Shown: positions 50,363 to 64,000 of the stretch, piece after piece
Numbering within the stretch: the first letter of the stretch is position 1
How the letters are laid out: each line of letters opens with the position of its first letter
Source: Cyanophora paradoxa CCMP329
Taxonomy: Eukaryota; Plantae; Glaucophyta
DNA: 64,000 nucleotides
Reading direction: 5' to 3'
Assembly: GCA_004431415.1 (NCBI GenBank)
Contig: QPMI01000200.1
Span: forward strand, 124,001-188,000
Translations under genes and position numbers: made by a program
Notes under the pieces: model-generated
What the model was told of the DNA's origin: nothing
The model's database searches: none
The model's input: only the letters and a program-made list of their open reading frames with translations

Positions 50363-52610
50363 ATGCAGTCGATGCTGCGGGGCCCAGCGGCCGGCGAGCT
50401 GCTGCCTCGAATTGTACGATATCTGTCCTCGGGCCACGGGCATGCACACGGGCAAGCGCCGCAGCCACCCCCTACGCTGAAGACCCAGCTCAAAAAGCTG
50501 TACTTGCGAGTGCATCCCGACCTCTTCCAGCTCCATCCCGAAAAGAAGGTGCGCCGCTCCAGCGCGGACTGCAGCGGCTCCAGCGCGGCCGCCCGACTCG
50601 GCGCGCTCGCATGTGCTTGTCCAGGCGGTGAACGAGCGCAGCCTCGCGGCGCTGATGAGCTTCGGTGCGCGGTGTGCCGCTGTCTGCAGCCGGTCGGTCT
50701 CACGCGGCGTTGTGCGGCGCGCGCAGTCGACGGCGTCATGAAGCCGGCCGGGGAGAAAGAAGGATCGTCGGGGCCGGCGTGGCAAGACAGCGCGGCGCGC
50801 GTCGAGTTCTACATCCGCGAGAACGTGGGCAAGGGCGGCCCAGACCCTGGCGGGGGCGCGCGCCGGCCGGCGGGGCCCCCGGAGGAGCGCTTCCGCCTCG
50901 TCTCTGCGATGGTGCGGCCTGCCGGTCACGCGCCCGCGCATGCGCGTGCGAGCGGGCGCGGGGGCGCAGCTGCGGGCGTCGGGGGTGCGGGGCGGGGCGG
51001 GGCGATGGGGTGGCAGGGGCCGGGGGCCTCTTCGCGGCGTCCCTGGGGCGGCTCTTCCGCGAGTGCGGCCTGGACCCGACTTCGTGCTCCACGAGGGCCA
51101 GGCCCGCCCCGGCCCCGCCGGCACCGCCCCGCCCGCGCGACGCCCCGCAGGCGGCCGACTTCGCGCACGGCGCGCGCGCGCCGACGCTCGGGGAGTTCCT
51201 GGCGCACGCCGGGCCCGCCGCACGCGTCAAGCGCGCCGAGGCCCGCGAGCGCGAGCGGTGCGCCGCCCCAGGCCTAGGCGCCGCCGCGCGCGGGGCCGGG
51301 GGCCGAGCGGGGCGGGGCCAGGGCGGAGCACTTCGTGGGGACGAGCCTGCGGATGGTGTTCGGGGTGCGGAGCCTCTTCGAGGGGGAGGCGGCGCCGCTG
51401 GCTCGCCTGCACGCTCTCCAGCAGCTCCGCCAGCTCCTCGAGGCCGCCCCCAGCACCGCCTCGTGCCCCCGCCCCGCCCCGCGCGCCCGCCCCGGGCGAC
51501 GGGGCGCAGGACGGGGCGCGGCTGGCGGCGCTGCGCGAGCTCCCCGTCGTCTTTGCCGAGGGGCCCTCCCGCCTCGACCCCCGCGGCCGCGTCCGCCCGC
51601 CCCGCGCCCCGCCCGCGCCCCCGCCCTCACCGGGCGGGCCGGGCGGGGCGGCAGGTGGTGCTGGGGTCGGGGAGGGGGCGGAGGCGTGGGGCGCCTTCCT
51701 GCGAGACACGGACCTCGAGGCGGCCGCCGCCACCCGCCGCGCCCTCCGCCTCGTCGCCGCCGCCGCGCGCCCCGCACCCCGCCGCGCGCCCGGGCGGGGG
51801 GCTGAGGAGGGGCAGGAGGAGGAGGCGGCGCGGCGGCTCGGCCTGGGGGCCGTCTTCGCGTCGGACCCCCGCCTCGTCCTCTCCCCGTCCGCCCCGCCCG
51901 CCCCCGCCCGCCCGCGCCCCCCACGCCCGCCCACGCCCCCAGGAGTACGCCGCGCTGCTCCAGGCCCTCGCCGCCGGCCCCGAGCCGCCCCTCCCCGCCC
52001 ACGGGCCCGCGGGGGAGCCCGAGGGGAGGGGAGGGGAGGGGAGGGAGACGGGGAGGGGGCCGGGACGGGGGCGGGCGGGGGCCGCTGGGCTCCCTCTCCC
52101 TCTACGTGGTCCCCGGGGCGAGGCGGAGGCGCCGGCCTTCGAGCCGCGCGCCGGGACCCTCACCGGGCGCCGCACCCTCGCGCCCCCGCCCGCCCCGCGC
52201 CCCGACGCCGGGCCGCGCAGGTGCCGATCGGGACGGGGCCGCGGGAGGTGGCGGAGGCGCTGGCCGGGGCGGCGTGCGGGCGGCGCGGGCGCGGCGGAGG
52301 GTGGAGGGGGAGGAGCGGCTGGTGGGGCGGCTGCTGGACAAGGTGCGGGCGCGGCTGCGGCTGGCGAGCCTGGGGCACGAGGCGGAGGCGGTGGCCCGCG
52401 GCAGCTGCGCGCCGCCGCCGAGCGCCTCCTCGCCCTCGCCCCGCGCCTCCAGCCCCTCCTCGCCGACCACGCCCTCGTCATCGGCCGGTGCCCCCGCCCC
52501 GCCCCGCCCCGCCCCGCCCCGCCTCCGCCGCCCCGCGCGACGGGGCCGCCAGGGCCTACGGGGTGACGGAGGAGGGGAAGCTCGTCATCCCACACAGCTT
52601 CGACGTCTAG
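50363..52610 (+). CDS. TCAIM-like (DUF4460) putative mitochondrial protein
   Basis: LKKLYLRVHPDLFQLHPEKK-AVNERSLAAL resembles the DUF4460 motif; presequence-like N-terminus; ends GKLVIPHSFDV*. Confidence 0.7.
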
Positions 52611-53469
52611 CCGCCCCCCGGCAGCGGCAGCCGCTGATCATGATCTGACATCAGCCTCGGAGCCGATAGCTAGCTAGATATATATGCATATGCTAGCGCT
52701 TCCGAGGCTTCATGATCAGCTCATGCCATGATCATGATGATCAGCGAGGCAGCGGTCACCAAATTATTTTCCGAGCTCAAATTTCTTTAAAATCTGGTCC
52801 AACATAATCATCATCACATATGCACTGCGACATTGAATCGTGAATCATTGAATTGTTGTCTTTGAGGAAATTCGAAACTTTTGTTTTCTTTGAGGAAATT
52901 CGAAACTTTTGAAATCAAGCTAGAAGGTAAGCCTAGAACCCTTGAACTTACACCTTGAACGTTCAACCGCTTTGAACTCCGAGGCTCCGTGCGTGACGGT
53001 TGAACGTCACGGCCGGGCGTTGGGGCGCCGAGCCTCGGAGCATTCAATGATTCGATGATCATCGGATCTCCGAGGCTCAGAGTCCGACGGTCCCGGGTCC
53101 ACGGTCTCATCATGGCATGATGATTGTGCCGCAGAGCCACGCTGCCAGGCCCTGAGGCTGCATGCCGCAGCCTTGGCAGTGCCATGATGATCGGATGCCA
53201 TGCCATGATGATCATGATCATCGGATGATCGCATCATGGCATAAATATCGAATCCACTTGGCTAGAGTCATAATCACGACTCAGTGACCAAGAACAGGGG
53301 CAGGGACTCCGCCAGGGAGCCTCGGAGAGCCAGGGCTAGGCCTAGGCCTAGGGCAAACCCGATCGCGATCGCACGCGTGAATCGGGAGCTCCGAAACCGT
53401 CGGGCTCGAGGCTCTGTCTCAGACCTAAGAGGTACATGCATTTGTTTGGCCGGGGTGAGGGTCGGGGGG

Positions 53470-55741
53470 CTACGGAGCGGGGGCGAGCTTGCGGCGGAGG
53501 GCCTCGAAGAGGTCGCCGAGGGCGCGGGCGCCCCGCGGCGAGGCCGCCTCCCCCTCCAGCCCCCCCTCCGCGGCCACCTGCCCGCCGCGCGCCTCAGCCG
53601 GCGGCGCCGGTGCGGGGGCGGGGGCCGTGGCGGGCCGCGCCTCGACGAGGAAGGTGCTCGGAGCGGAGCGCATGATCTGCACGCAGAAGGCCACCTCGCG
53701 GCCCCCCGGCGGCCCCGTCGCGCCCCCGCCCCCCCCGCCCCCCGAGCCCTCCTCGCCATCGCCGCCGCTCCCCGCGCTGCTCGGCGTGAACGCCTCCCCC
53801 GCCTCCTCCCCCGCTCCCTCCGCCCCCTCCCTCCCCCCCGGCGGCGTATCTGGAGCGCCGCCGGCGTGCCCCGCGGAGGGCGCCTCGGGGGGGTCTCCCG
53901 AGGTGCCCTTCCGCCCAGGGGAGAGCGCCGAGGGCGCGGGGGGCCTGCGGGAGGCTCGGAGGGGCGCGGGGCGGGGCAGGGCGCGGGCACCGGAGGGCGG
54001 GGGGAAGGGCGGGGCCGATCTCCTCCGCCCCGTCCCCCGAGGTGGACGGGGCCTCGGCGGGGCCGACGCGCAGCAGGCCCTGGGCGGGGCTCGGGCGCGG
54101 CGGGCGCGGCCGGGGCGGGGCGGGCCTGGAGGCGGGCGGCGTGGCGGTCGAGGGAGCGGACCTCGCACTGCGCGCCGCGTGAGGCCCGCACGGCGGGCGG
54201 CCGGGCGGGCGGGGGGCGGGCCCCGGGTCGAAGGAGGCGACGGCGCGGGCGGCGTCGGCGAGCAGCGCCGCCGCGCTCGCCGCCGCCGCCACGAAGCGCC
54301 GCCCCGGCCCCCGCTCCCGCGCCGCCCGCTTTGCCGCACGCTCCGCCCCCGCCGGCGCCTCCCGCCTCGCCTGGGGGCGGCGTGGGCGGGACGGGGGGCG
54401 GGCGTGGGGCGGGCGGACGCGTGCGGCGGCGAGGAGGGCGTCGAGGCCGTGGTCCGTGTGGGACCAGGCGAGGCCCCAGCGCGTCGTCCGCCCCTGCACG
54501 AACTCCGTCACTCGCACGTTGCGCACCTGCGGCGGCATCAGGCGGGCGGGGCGGGGCGGGGGCGGGGCGGGGACGGGGGTGCGGGCCCCGCGGGCGTGGA
54601 GGGCGCGGCGGAGCGGGGCGAGAGAGGCCTTGCGGCCGAGCATGGAGGAGTACCAGAGGACGCGCGTGCCGAGCCGAGCCGACTCCTCCACCATGCGCGA
54701 CACGAACGCCACCTCCCCCCCTCCGTCGCCACCTCGTGCCCCCGCCCCGCCGCCCGCCCCCCTCCCGCCCCCCGCCCTGTCGGCGGGCGCCCGGGGCGGG
54801 GGCGGGGCCCGGGGCGGCGGCGGGGACCTTGGCGCTGGCGTCGGCGTCCTCGGGGGTGGCGAAGAAGGGCGGGTTGCACATGCAGAAGTCGAAGGCCTCG
54901 CCCTCGCGCAGCACGCCGGCGAGCAGCGCCCCCGCCTCCGCCCGCCGCACCTCGATCCGCCCCTCCAGCCCGTTCCGCGCCGCCAGCCCCCGCGCGTGCT
55001 CCACCGCCCCCTCCTCCGAGTGTGCCCCGCCGTCAAGGCGCGGCGCGCGGCGCGGGGCACGGCACGCGCAGAGGGGGCCCGGCGGGAGGGATATCGGTGG
55101 CGAGGAAGCGCCAGTTCGCAATGCGGACGCCCAGCAGCGGGTAGATCAACGAGTAGCCCGTCCCGCTGCGGAGAGCCGCCCATCGGAGGCCCGAGCCTGC
55201 AGCGCTCGCAGGGACCGGAGGCCCTGAGGTGCGCACATGTCGATGCCGTGGACGGAGGGGTCGCCCGACATGCGCCCGCTCTGCGCCAGCACGTCCTCCA
55301 GCCAGTGGATGTAGTTCGCCCTGCCCCGCCCCCCGTCGCGTCGCCTGGCCATGGCGCGCTGCGGCGCGCAGGCGCAGGCGCCCGCACCGGTTGGTGACGG
55401 GCGGGCAGAGCTGATCACGCGGCATATCCCAGTCCAGGTTGAAATCGTGCTTGAGCAGCACGCGCGTCAGCGCCCTGCTTGCGCGTCATTGCGGTAGCGC
55501 TGGGCGTCGCGCGTACGGGGCACCGGTTGGCGTCCGGATCGCGCCAGTCGATCGAGGGCGCGCCGAATTTGTTAACGAACACGCTGCGGCGCGCTTCGAA
55601 TCGCCGAGTCGCGCGCGGCGGCTCAGGGCGGCAGACTCACTAGGGCGCGAACTCGGGATGCGCATCCGCCAGCTGCTTGAAGTCTGGATGCTTGTTCCTG
55701 TATAGGTTGCGCTCGTGGGGCGCTCGCTCTCTCTCAGCCAT
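53470..55741 (-). CDS. METTL16: METTL16/RlmF-family RNA m6A methyltransferase
   Basis: HERNLY...PDF, LLKHDF, LCPPVTNRANYIHW, DIGTG..LIYPLLG, FDFCMCNPPFF, GGEVAFV, EFVQGRTTRWGLAWS. Confidence 0.9.
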
Positions 55742-55796
55742 CGCGCCGTCGGTGTATCCCCTCACACCTTCGCCCCCCTTGGCGGTTTCTCCTCTT

Positions 55797-55856
55797 TTTG
55801 CTCGAACTGTACCTATTTTGCTCGAACTGTACCTAATTTGCTCGAACTGTACCTAA
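55797..55856. repeat. 20-bp tandem repeat x3 in the divergent METTL16/DPCD promoter region
   Basis: TTTGCTCGAACTGTACCTA(T/A) x3, followed by TATATATA at about 55865. Confidence 0.9.
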
Positions 55857-56082
55857 CCTCGCTTATATATATGAAACTTTTCCAACTTGGAGCAGCACGC
55901 CCTGCCAGTTCAAGCTTCGTCGTCGTCTTCAGCGCGCCGCTAACGAGTCGCGCTCGACAGATCGTTGAGCGCACCGCTGCCGGAGCTTTACCTAGCCAGG
56001 CCCCCAAAGAAGCCGCGCGCTTCCCAGCTTCTTCTGTGAGGAAGCCGCAGACGGCGATAGCAGCCACGCCTGGAGCGCCAGG

Positions 56083-57125
<1,043 letters not shown>

Positions 57126-57394
57126 TGATCATGAATTTCGAAGTCTCGCTAGCAGCAGCTATTGCAATGCAGCCAGCTGTGGCGCCAGATCTGGATCCGG
57201 AAGCTCCGGATCGATCAGAGCTGCCCACAAGCAAGGGGGGGGGTTCGATATTGGGGGGTACAGTGTAACCGCTTCTTCTTGCTCTAGGTAGAGCTCGAGC
57301 TCTCAGGTGCAGCCGCTGAGCTGTGTAGTGCGCACGGAAGCCATCGGACCAACCCACGAGCTGCCACATCCAGCGCCAGCGGACTCGTCCAAAA

Positions 57395-59197
57395 ATGAAG
57401 CCGCCGGCCGGCGGCGCTGGGAAGATCAGGAGACCGGCTAGAAAGATCATAACGTGCGTGCAAAGCTTAGCTCTGGAGCACACGTGCACCGGCGCGCTGA
57501 CGGCTCGGCATTGCAGGGAGACCCTGGAGGACCTCGTTGGCGACGTCGACGAGGACGACGCGGGGTGAGCTGGTGGCCGCAATCCGGCCGGGCGGGGCTG
57601 ACGGGGCGCGGGGCGCGCGGGGCGCAGGCTCACCATCACGTTCCTCGTGGAGGCCGGCGAAGACGGCGAGGCGCCGCGGCTGGTGCCGGCCGGCCCGGCC
57701 CCCGGCCCCGCCGTGCAGTACCGCTCCTACGACGACGAGGCCCGGGAGCCGGCGCGCCCCGCCCGCCCCCGGCCCCCGCCTGGGCGCCGAGCCCGGCCCG
57801 CCCCCGCGGCTTCACCGCGAGGCGCCCGGGTTCTTCTGGGCGGGGGGCCGCCCCGCCTCCGCCCGCGCCCTCTACGCCGCCCATGCCCGCCCCGCCTCCG
57901 CCCGGCGGGGGCCCCGCGCCCCTCCTCCGCCCCGCCGGCGGCCGTGCCCGGCGAGAGGCGGGCGCCCTCGGCGCGGGGGCCGGCGCGGGCGGCGAGCGTC
58001 GCCTCGCGGCGCTCGAGCTCCCGCTCCTCGCAGCGGCCCGCCGCCCCGCGGCCCCGCTCCGCCCCGCCGGCCCCCGCCGCCCCCCGGAGGAGGCGGCCGA
58101 GGGGCGGGCGCGGTGGGCGGCGCTGCACCGCGAGGGCGGTGCCGGCCCCTCCATGCACGCCCGCCTCGCCGCCGTCGGCGCCTCCGATCTCCCGTACCCC
58201 TCGCCCTACGTCCGCGCCCCCTTCGGCCGGGCAGCGGGCCCGTCGCCCGGCCCCGCCGCCTACGAGCCGTGGAGGGCGGAGGTGCAGACGCGGGCGCGCC
58301 CGCCCTCGGCCTCTCTCCGCGGGGGGTCCCTGCCTCGCCCCGCCGGCGCGGAGGCGTTGGGAGCGGGCCCGGGGCCGGCGTACAACACGCGGGGGCCGGC
58401 GCGACTGCTCTCGTCGCACCGGCGGGCGCCGGCGGCTAGCATCTCCGCGAGCCGCACGCCCCGCATCCACCAGTACACCAGCCCCTCGTCCGCCGCCCCG
58501 CACGCCCCCTCCCCCCGCCCCGCCCTTACGCCCCGCAGCCCGGGCCCCTGCCACTACGACCCCGTCACGCCCCGCGGCCCGCCGCGCGGGGCCCGCATCC
58601 CCACCGCCCCCATCCCCACACACCCGCTGCACTTCCGTGCGCGCCGGGTGGCCGCCCCCGGCCGGCTTCCGCTGAGGGGCCCCGCAGCGTGGGCCCCCGA
58701 CACCTTCCCCGGGCCGGCGAAGTACTACCCCCAGCCGGAGGCGGCGACGGGCAGCGGCTGGCGCACCGCCCGGGGGCAGCCGGCCTTCTCGCCCCGGCCC
58801 CCCTGCACCCTCTTCCCCCCCGACGAGGCCGTGCGCCCGCCCCGCCCCGCGCCGCGCCGCGCCGCGATGCGGCGGCCGACGGGCGGCTTAGACGATGGAG
58901 GCGGGGCTGGGGCGCTCGCCGGGGCCCCAGGCGTATGCCCCCCGCGAGTGGGCCCGCAGCTCGACGCCCCGCGCCCCCGCCGCCTCCTTCGGCGCCACCC
59001 CGCGGCGCGGGGGCGCGGGGCCGGGGGAGGACTCGCCGGGCCCCGCGTACAGGCCGCGCCTGGAGGCGTACAAGCCGGCCTCGGCGGCGCACTCGTGGGG
59101 CGCCCCGCCGGCCTCCCCCACCCTCCAGCGCCTCCTCCGCGGCACCAGCCCCCGCGCCCGCAGCGCCGCCCCCGCCCCCCGCAAGGCACTCCAGTAG
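57395..59197 (+). CDS. SHIPPO-repeat (ODF3-like, PGPxxY) ciliary protein
   Basis: Repeated GPGPAYN, SPGPCHYDP, FPGPAKYYP, SPGPQAY, SPGPAY motifs. Boundaries approximate. Confidence 0.65.
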
Positions 59198-59277
59198 CCT
59201 TCCCCCTCCCCTGCCTGCCCCCGGCCCCGCTTCCGCGCAAGCAAGCAGGGATTGGAAGAGGGGTCGGGGGGCGGGGG

Positions 59278-62200
59278 CTAGAAGAGGGGGGCGGGGGTGT
59301 GGTCGTGGAAGGGGGCGAGGGCGTCGGGGCCGGCCTCGCAGGCGTGGCCCTCCTCGAGGCCCCAGTAGAGGCCCTCCTGCGCCCCCTCCGCCCCCGCCTC
59401 CCCCGCACCCTCCTCCCCCGCCTCCATCCCCTCCCCGTACCCCTCCGCGCTGTACCCCACCACCTGCTCGCCCCCGTCCACCATCTGCGCCTTCGCCGCA
59501 GGCGCCGGGGCCGGTGCTGGGGCCGGGGCCGGTGCCGGGGCCGGGGCCGGGGCCGGGGCCGGGGCCGGGGCCGGGGCCGGGGCCGGGGCCGGGCCGGGCT
59601 CGCGGGTTGCGGGAGGCGGGCGCCTGGGCGGGCGCCGTCGTCGCCGAGACCACTGCCGCGCGTCAGGCGGCGCCCCACGCCCCCGCCGGCACACGCACCC
59701 GCCGTCGCGACGGCCGGCGCCGCGGGGACCGGCGCCGGCGCGGGGCCGGGGCCGGAGCCGGCGGGGCGGGCGGGGCGGAGCAGGTGGGGGCGCTGGCGAG
59801 GGTCTTGGTCTCCGGGGGCGCGGGCCCCGTGCGGATGATCTTCACGACGACGCGCTCCGAGGCTGCGGCGCGGTGGGCGGGGCGGGGCGGGGCGCGGGGC
59901 GGGGGGCGGGCGGGGCGGGGCGGACGGCGGCAGAGCTGGGTGGAGGGGGCCTCGTAGACGATCTCGAGGGCCTGCGCCGGCACCTCCGCCAGCACCTTCC
60001 CCTCGGGCTGCACGTACCGGAACTCCGGCTTGCCGATCTGCACCTGCACCTGCTGATCCGGCTGCCGAGAGGCGAGTCGCACGCAAGTCAGTCGCGCGCC
60101 CAGCGATCTCGGAGGCCAGGTCGAAAGCGGCGGACCATGCGCATCTCGAGGGGCCCCTTCGAGTCCATCTCCACGTTGACCTGTCGAGGCGGGCCGCGTT
60201 GACGACCCCGCCGTCCCTCCGCAAGCCAGCAGATCGACGGTGCCGGCGGCAGCTACCTTTGGGGCCGGCACGCGGACCTAAAACAGCGCCGGGGGCAGCG
60301 ATCAAGAGGGGATTCAGCATCGAGGAGGCGGGGGCGCACGTTGATCGTGGGCGCCGGCACAGTCACGTTGACGGGCTCGGTGGGCCCCTGCGGGGCGGTG
60401 CGGGTGAGGGCGGGGCGTCGGGGGATGGAGGGGCGGGGGGGACCTGAATGGTGACGGGGCTCTCGGGGACCTGCACGATCAAAGGCGCCGACGGCACCTC
60501 CACTGCCCGCCCCTCAGCCCCCCACCCGCCCCGCCGGCGGGGGCGGCGGCGGCGGCGCACCGGTCGCGGCGTCGGGGACCTGCAGGCGTCGGGGGCGTCG
60601 CGGTCATTCGCACGCGCCCGGCCGCGGGGCCTAGCTCAGCGAGGGTCTACGCCCGCTAGGCGCGCACCTTCACTGAGACCTCCTGCGGCTGCTGCACGAC
60701 CTGCGCGCGCCTGAGCGCCGCTGCCGGGCGGCGGTGGGGCGGGGGCGGGGCGCGCCTTGAGGGTGCCCATCGGCACAACAACCTTCTGCGTCGACGGCGT
60801 CGAGGCGACGATTTTCGGCGCCGTTGCTGCAGTCACGTGCGTCGGACAGAGGGAGGGTGCTCGCGGCTAGGCGGGGCGGGGCCGGGGGCGGACACTGGAC
60901 AGTGTAGACTTGCTTGGGCGCGATGACGGAGGTCGTCGCCGGCTTCTCCGTGTTCTGGCGGGCTCGCTTAGACGCCTGTGCCCCGGCGAGCGAGCTCTGC
61001 ACGGCCCCCGCTCACCAGCGCCACGGCCGCCACCTTGACCTTGACCTCGCCGGCCTGCCGTGGCGAGGGGCCCCGCCGGTGAGGCGCCCCCCGAGGGGCC
61101 GGCGGGGGAGGGGCACCGGAGCATCGAATTTCGCCGCCGGGGCGGCTGCGATGTCGGCGGAGTGCTCGCGTTGGTGTTAGAGGGAGAGGAGCTGCTGACT
61201 GGAGCCGCACCGGTCACGTTGACGACGGGCTTCTCGGTGCGGACGAGGATCGGCTGGGCCGGGAGCTTGACGGTCTGCGCGGCGGCCGCCTGCGCCACGA
61301 TGCTCGGCGCCGCCACGCGGACTGCGCCCCGTCAAACGATGCCCCCGCCGCGGCCGAGGTGCGGAGCGCACTCTCGAGGGGGTCCGGCGTGACGTTCACG
61401 ACGCGCGTCGGCGGTGCTGCGCCGGCTCCGATGACCTTGACAGGGGCCTGGAATGACAGTTAGAGCTCGGCCGGCTCATCTCCTCAACAGGGCGACGCTA
61501 GCGCGGAGGGATGGGCGCCGCTGGACGCCGAGAGATCGCCGGGGGAGCGCTGCATGGGGGTGCGCCACGAACCTGCTGGAGGAGGACCTCCTGCTCACGG
61601 GTCCCCCGGTTAGCCCCGCTTTGCGATCGGGATGAGGGGACTTGCCTGCTGCGGCACCGTCGCCGCCTCCTTCGCCTCTTCGCTGAAGGCCACCTTGATC
61701 CTGCCGCCGCCGTCAGCGGCAGGCCAACCCCCGGCGCAGGCCTCGCGCACGGAGCGGGGTCCAATTTCAAGTTGGGAAGCTGCGGGTGCGACGATTGAGG
61801 GTTTAAAGGGTACATAAAAAATCCTAGGGTGCGCACGGTGATTGGCACAGTGACTGCGGCGGGGCTCTCAAAGGCCACCGTCGCGTCAGCCGCCTTCACC
61901 GCCACACTCTGCACGCGTTGAATTAGCGCTCAAGCATCTCACCCGCTCTCAATCTCGGCCCCGCCCGCTGAGCTTGCCTGCTGAGGCACGCTGATAGGCG
62001 CCAGGGGCTTGGATTCCACGGAAATGCTCGCTGTACCGCACGGGGAGACGGATCAGGGGGACGATCATTTAGACGTGGCGATTATGCGAGGCCGAGGGAA
62101 GTCGGGAATACCTGGCGCCACTTTGACGGGAACCGACATCCTGGCGGGCGCCGTGAGCGCCCCGGCGGACGGCTGCCGGTGCGGGGCGCGCGGGCGCGCA

Positions 62201-62613
62201 CTCGGGGACGTTGACGCTGATCGGAGCCGGACATGAGGCCTGATCGTGAGGACGAGCCGCAGTCAGCGCCGCGGCGTGACTGCCGCAGTGCTCTCCCTTC
62301 AGGGGCGGGGTCGGGCATGATGACCTGAGACGGGTCCACGCAGACGGCATTCGTGGGCGCCTTCGCGGCGCACGTGGGCGCTTTAACTGCCGGCGCGAGA
62401 GACGTGCACATAAGCGAGCGGCCCGAATGTATCAGGCGGGTATGGGGGACCATCGGCAGGCTTTGCGGCGTCCGGTCCGGGCTTGGCGGCTTCTGCGGCC
62501 GGTGGGGTCTTCGGAGCGTCGGCGGAGGTGGATGCCTGCAGGGCGTCACTCTAGATGTGCGGCTGAGCTGCGAGGTCGGGCGGCCTCACCGGGGCGGCCG
62601 CGGCCGAGGACAT
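59278..62613 (-). CDS. Uncharacterised Pro/Ala/Val/Thr-rich multi-exon protein
   Basis: Coding-like exons such as AVTVPITV, TVKLPAQPILVRTEKPVVNV, VEVPSAPLIVQV and VQIGKPEFRYVQPEGK, plus a (PA)n tract; short introns; ends DHTPAPLF*. Confidence 0.55.
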
Positions 62614-63943
62614 TGTGCCGAACGCGCCCTGCGGTACGGCAGTTACTACCCCAACTTGCTATTTGCTTCATCTTGATGAGAACTCTCGAAGTCACCTTGA
62701 TGCTTGAGCAGCGACCCTGGTGAAGACCCGCTGATAGAGAGCGGCGGTTGCGAACGAAGCTGATCAGTGATGAAGAAAGGCGCGCGGCGTACCCCTGGAG
62801 GCGGCCAAATTTCCGCAAAAAAACGTAAAGCAGCGCGCGCACACGAGCCTGCGCATTGCGCTTCTTAAAACTCTCATGTAGCTCGCGTTCTACACGCCGT
62901 GCGACGAAGCCACGTCGACGTCGACGAGGCGCTCGCCGGGCCCGGGGGAAGTCTGCTGTGAGGGCGCCGCGGCCGGCGCCTAGCCTAGTAGGCCTCCAAC
63001 TTGGCAACGCGACATGTGCTGCGATGCCCACGAGCCTGGTGCGAAGTCGAACGTTGACCTAGCCTGCTCGCGCGCCCCTGCCGCATGCGCAGTGCAGTTG
63101 TGCTGGCAGGATGGGCACGCTCGCTGAGCTCGAGCGCCGGCCGAGCAAGTGGAGGTCTCGTGCGTTTGCGGGGACGGGAGGGTGCTGGCGCGCCTGTCGG
63201 TGGGGGGCCTGGTGGCTCGCCCTCAGGGCCTACATCACGGCTTCACCAATCCCGCGGCCGCCGCCCCGGCCCAGTCCCAGTCATGACGCGGGGGCGTGGC
63301 GCAGACACGGGTGGCGTGCGAGTGCGGCGGAGTGCAGATGGCCATGGAGGCCGAGCTCGAGTACGACGCCGTCGCCTGCTCCGGGCGCAACACTGTGACA
63401 CGTGCACTCAGGTCCGCGCCGCCCCTGCATGCGCCGCGTGCTTGCAATTGTCTCTGGGGTCCGCCGACGGGTGGCCACGGGGCAGGAGCTGAGCCCGGGG
63501 GAGGCTTGCGCGCGGCGGGCGGGGCCCCGGCGGGCGAACTAGTACTTCGGAAGGTGGAGCGGGTACTGCCCCTCGGCGTGCTCCTCGCTAGCGCTGGAGC
63601 TGGACAAGATTTGCGCCGGCGCCGCCGCGCGCCCTGCACTGCAAGCACACCAAGCACTAGTACTCGGTGCGCCAGCCGGCGCCGCCCCGGGCACGCCCTG
63701 CCCCTCACGGACACGGAAGGTGAAGGTGCATGCATGCGCAAGGCGCATCATGCATATGGCATTGCCGCTGCGCATGCGGGGCCCACCGTGGCCCATGCAT
63801 ATGGCCAAGTACGCATATTTTCGGTGATTTATATATATAGATGTTATAGATGTTATATATGGATGAACTATTAATTAATTTGATAGGTATATATATGTAC
63901 ATGTACTATATATATCATAATATATGAATGGACGAATTATAAT

Positions 63944-64000
63944 ATTGCTTTAGCGCAGTGGTATAAGGTCGTGCTACGACCTCCCGGATTCCCGGGTTCG
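63944..64000 (+). tRNA. tRNA-like sequence truncated by the window end (tRNA, pseudo-tRNA or SINE head)
   Basis: A-box-like TAGCGCAGTGG (63951), hairpin AGGTC-GTGCTAC-GACCT (GCT at the anticodon position), and B-box start GGGTTCG. The D-stem is non-canonical. Confidence 0.35.

Noticed and set aside
63085-63700. Possible small plus-strand gene (VACECGGVQ...)
   Set aside because: No consistent exon chain or family motif could be supported.

Overview
GC-rich eukaryotic DNA in two halves. Short GC-rich introns and ciliary genes suggest a flagellated alga or protist; a glaucophyte-like genome is my guess only. Bases 1-34,000 are a transposon nest. The host is a very large Ty3/Gypsy-type retroelement (PR-RT-RH-INT), with its 5' end outside the window. 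Five non-autonomous DNA transposon insertions interrupt it: two near-identical foldback elements (the complete one 9.4 kb) with a 348-bp satellite core, a 1.5-kb TIR element with a 5-bp TSD, a 0.3-kb MITE, and a 549-bp CACTG element with a 3-bp TSD. Removing the three TSD-bounded insertions restores the reading frame each time. Also removing two apparent excision footprints gives a near-continuous ORF of about 4,600 codons, of which about 2,650 upstream of the protease have no motif I recognise. Bases 34,000-64,000 are gene-dense host sequence: a long coiled-coil protein, an Alba/RPP25-like protein, NAC-alpha, a YfiH/PgeF-like enzyme, a kinesin, a TCAIM/DUF4460-like protein, a METTL16-like methyltransferase, DPCD, a SHIPPO-repeat protein, a Pro/Val-rich unknown, and a tRNA-like fragment at the end. 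CDS coordinates span introns. Homopolymer indels suggest long-read errors.
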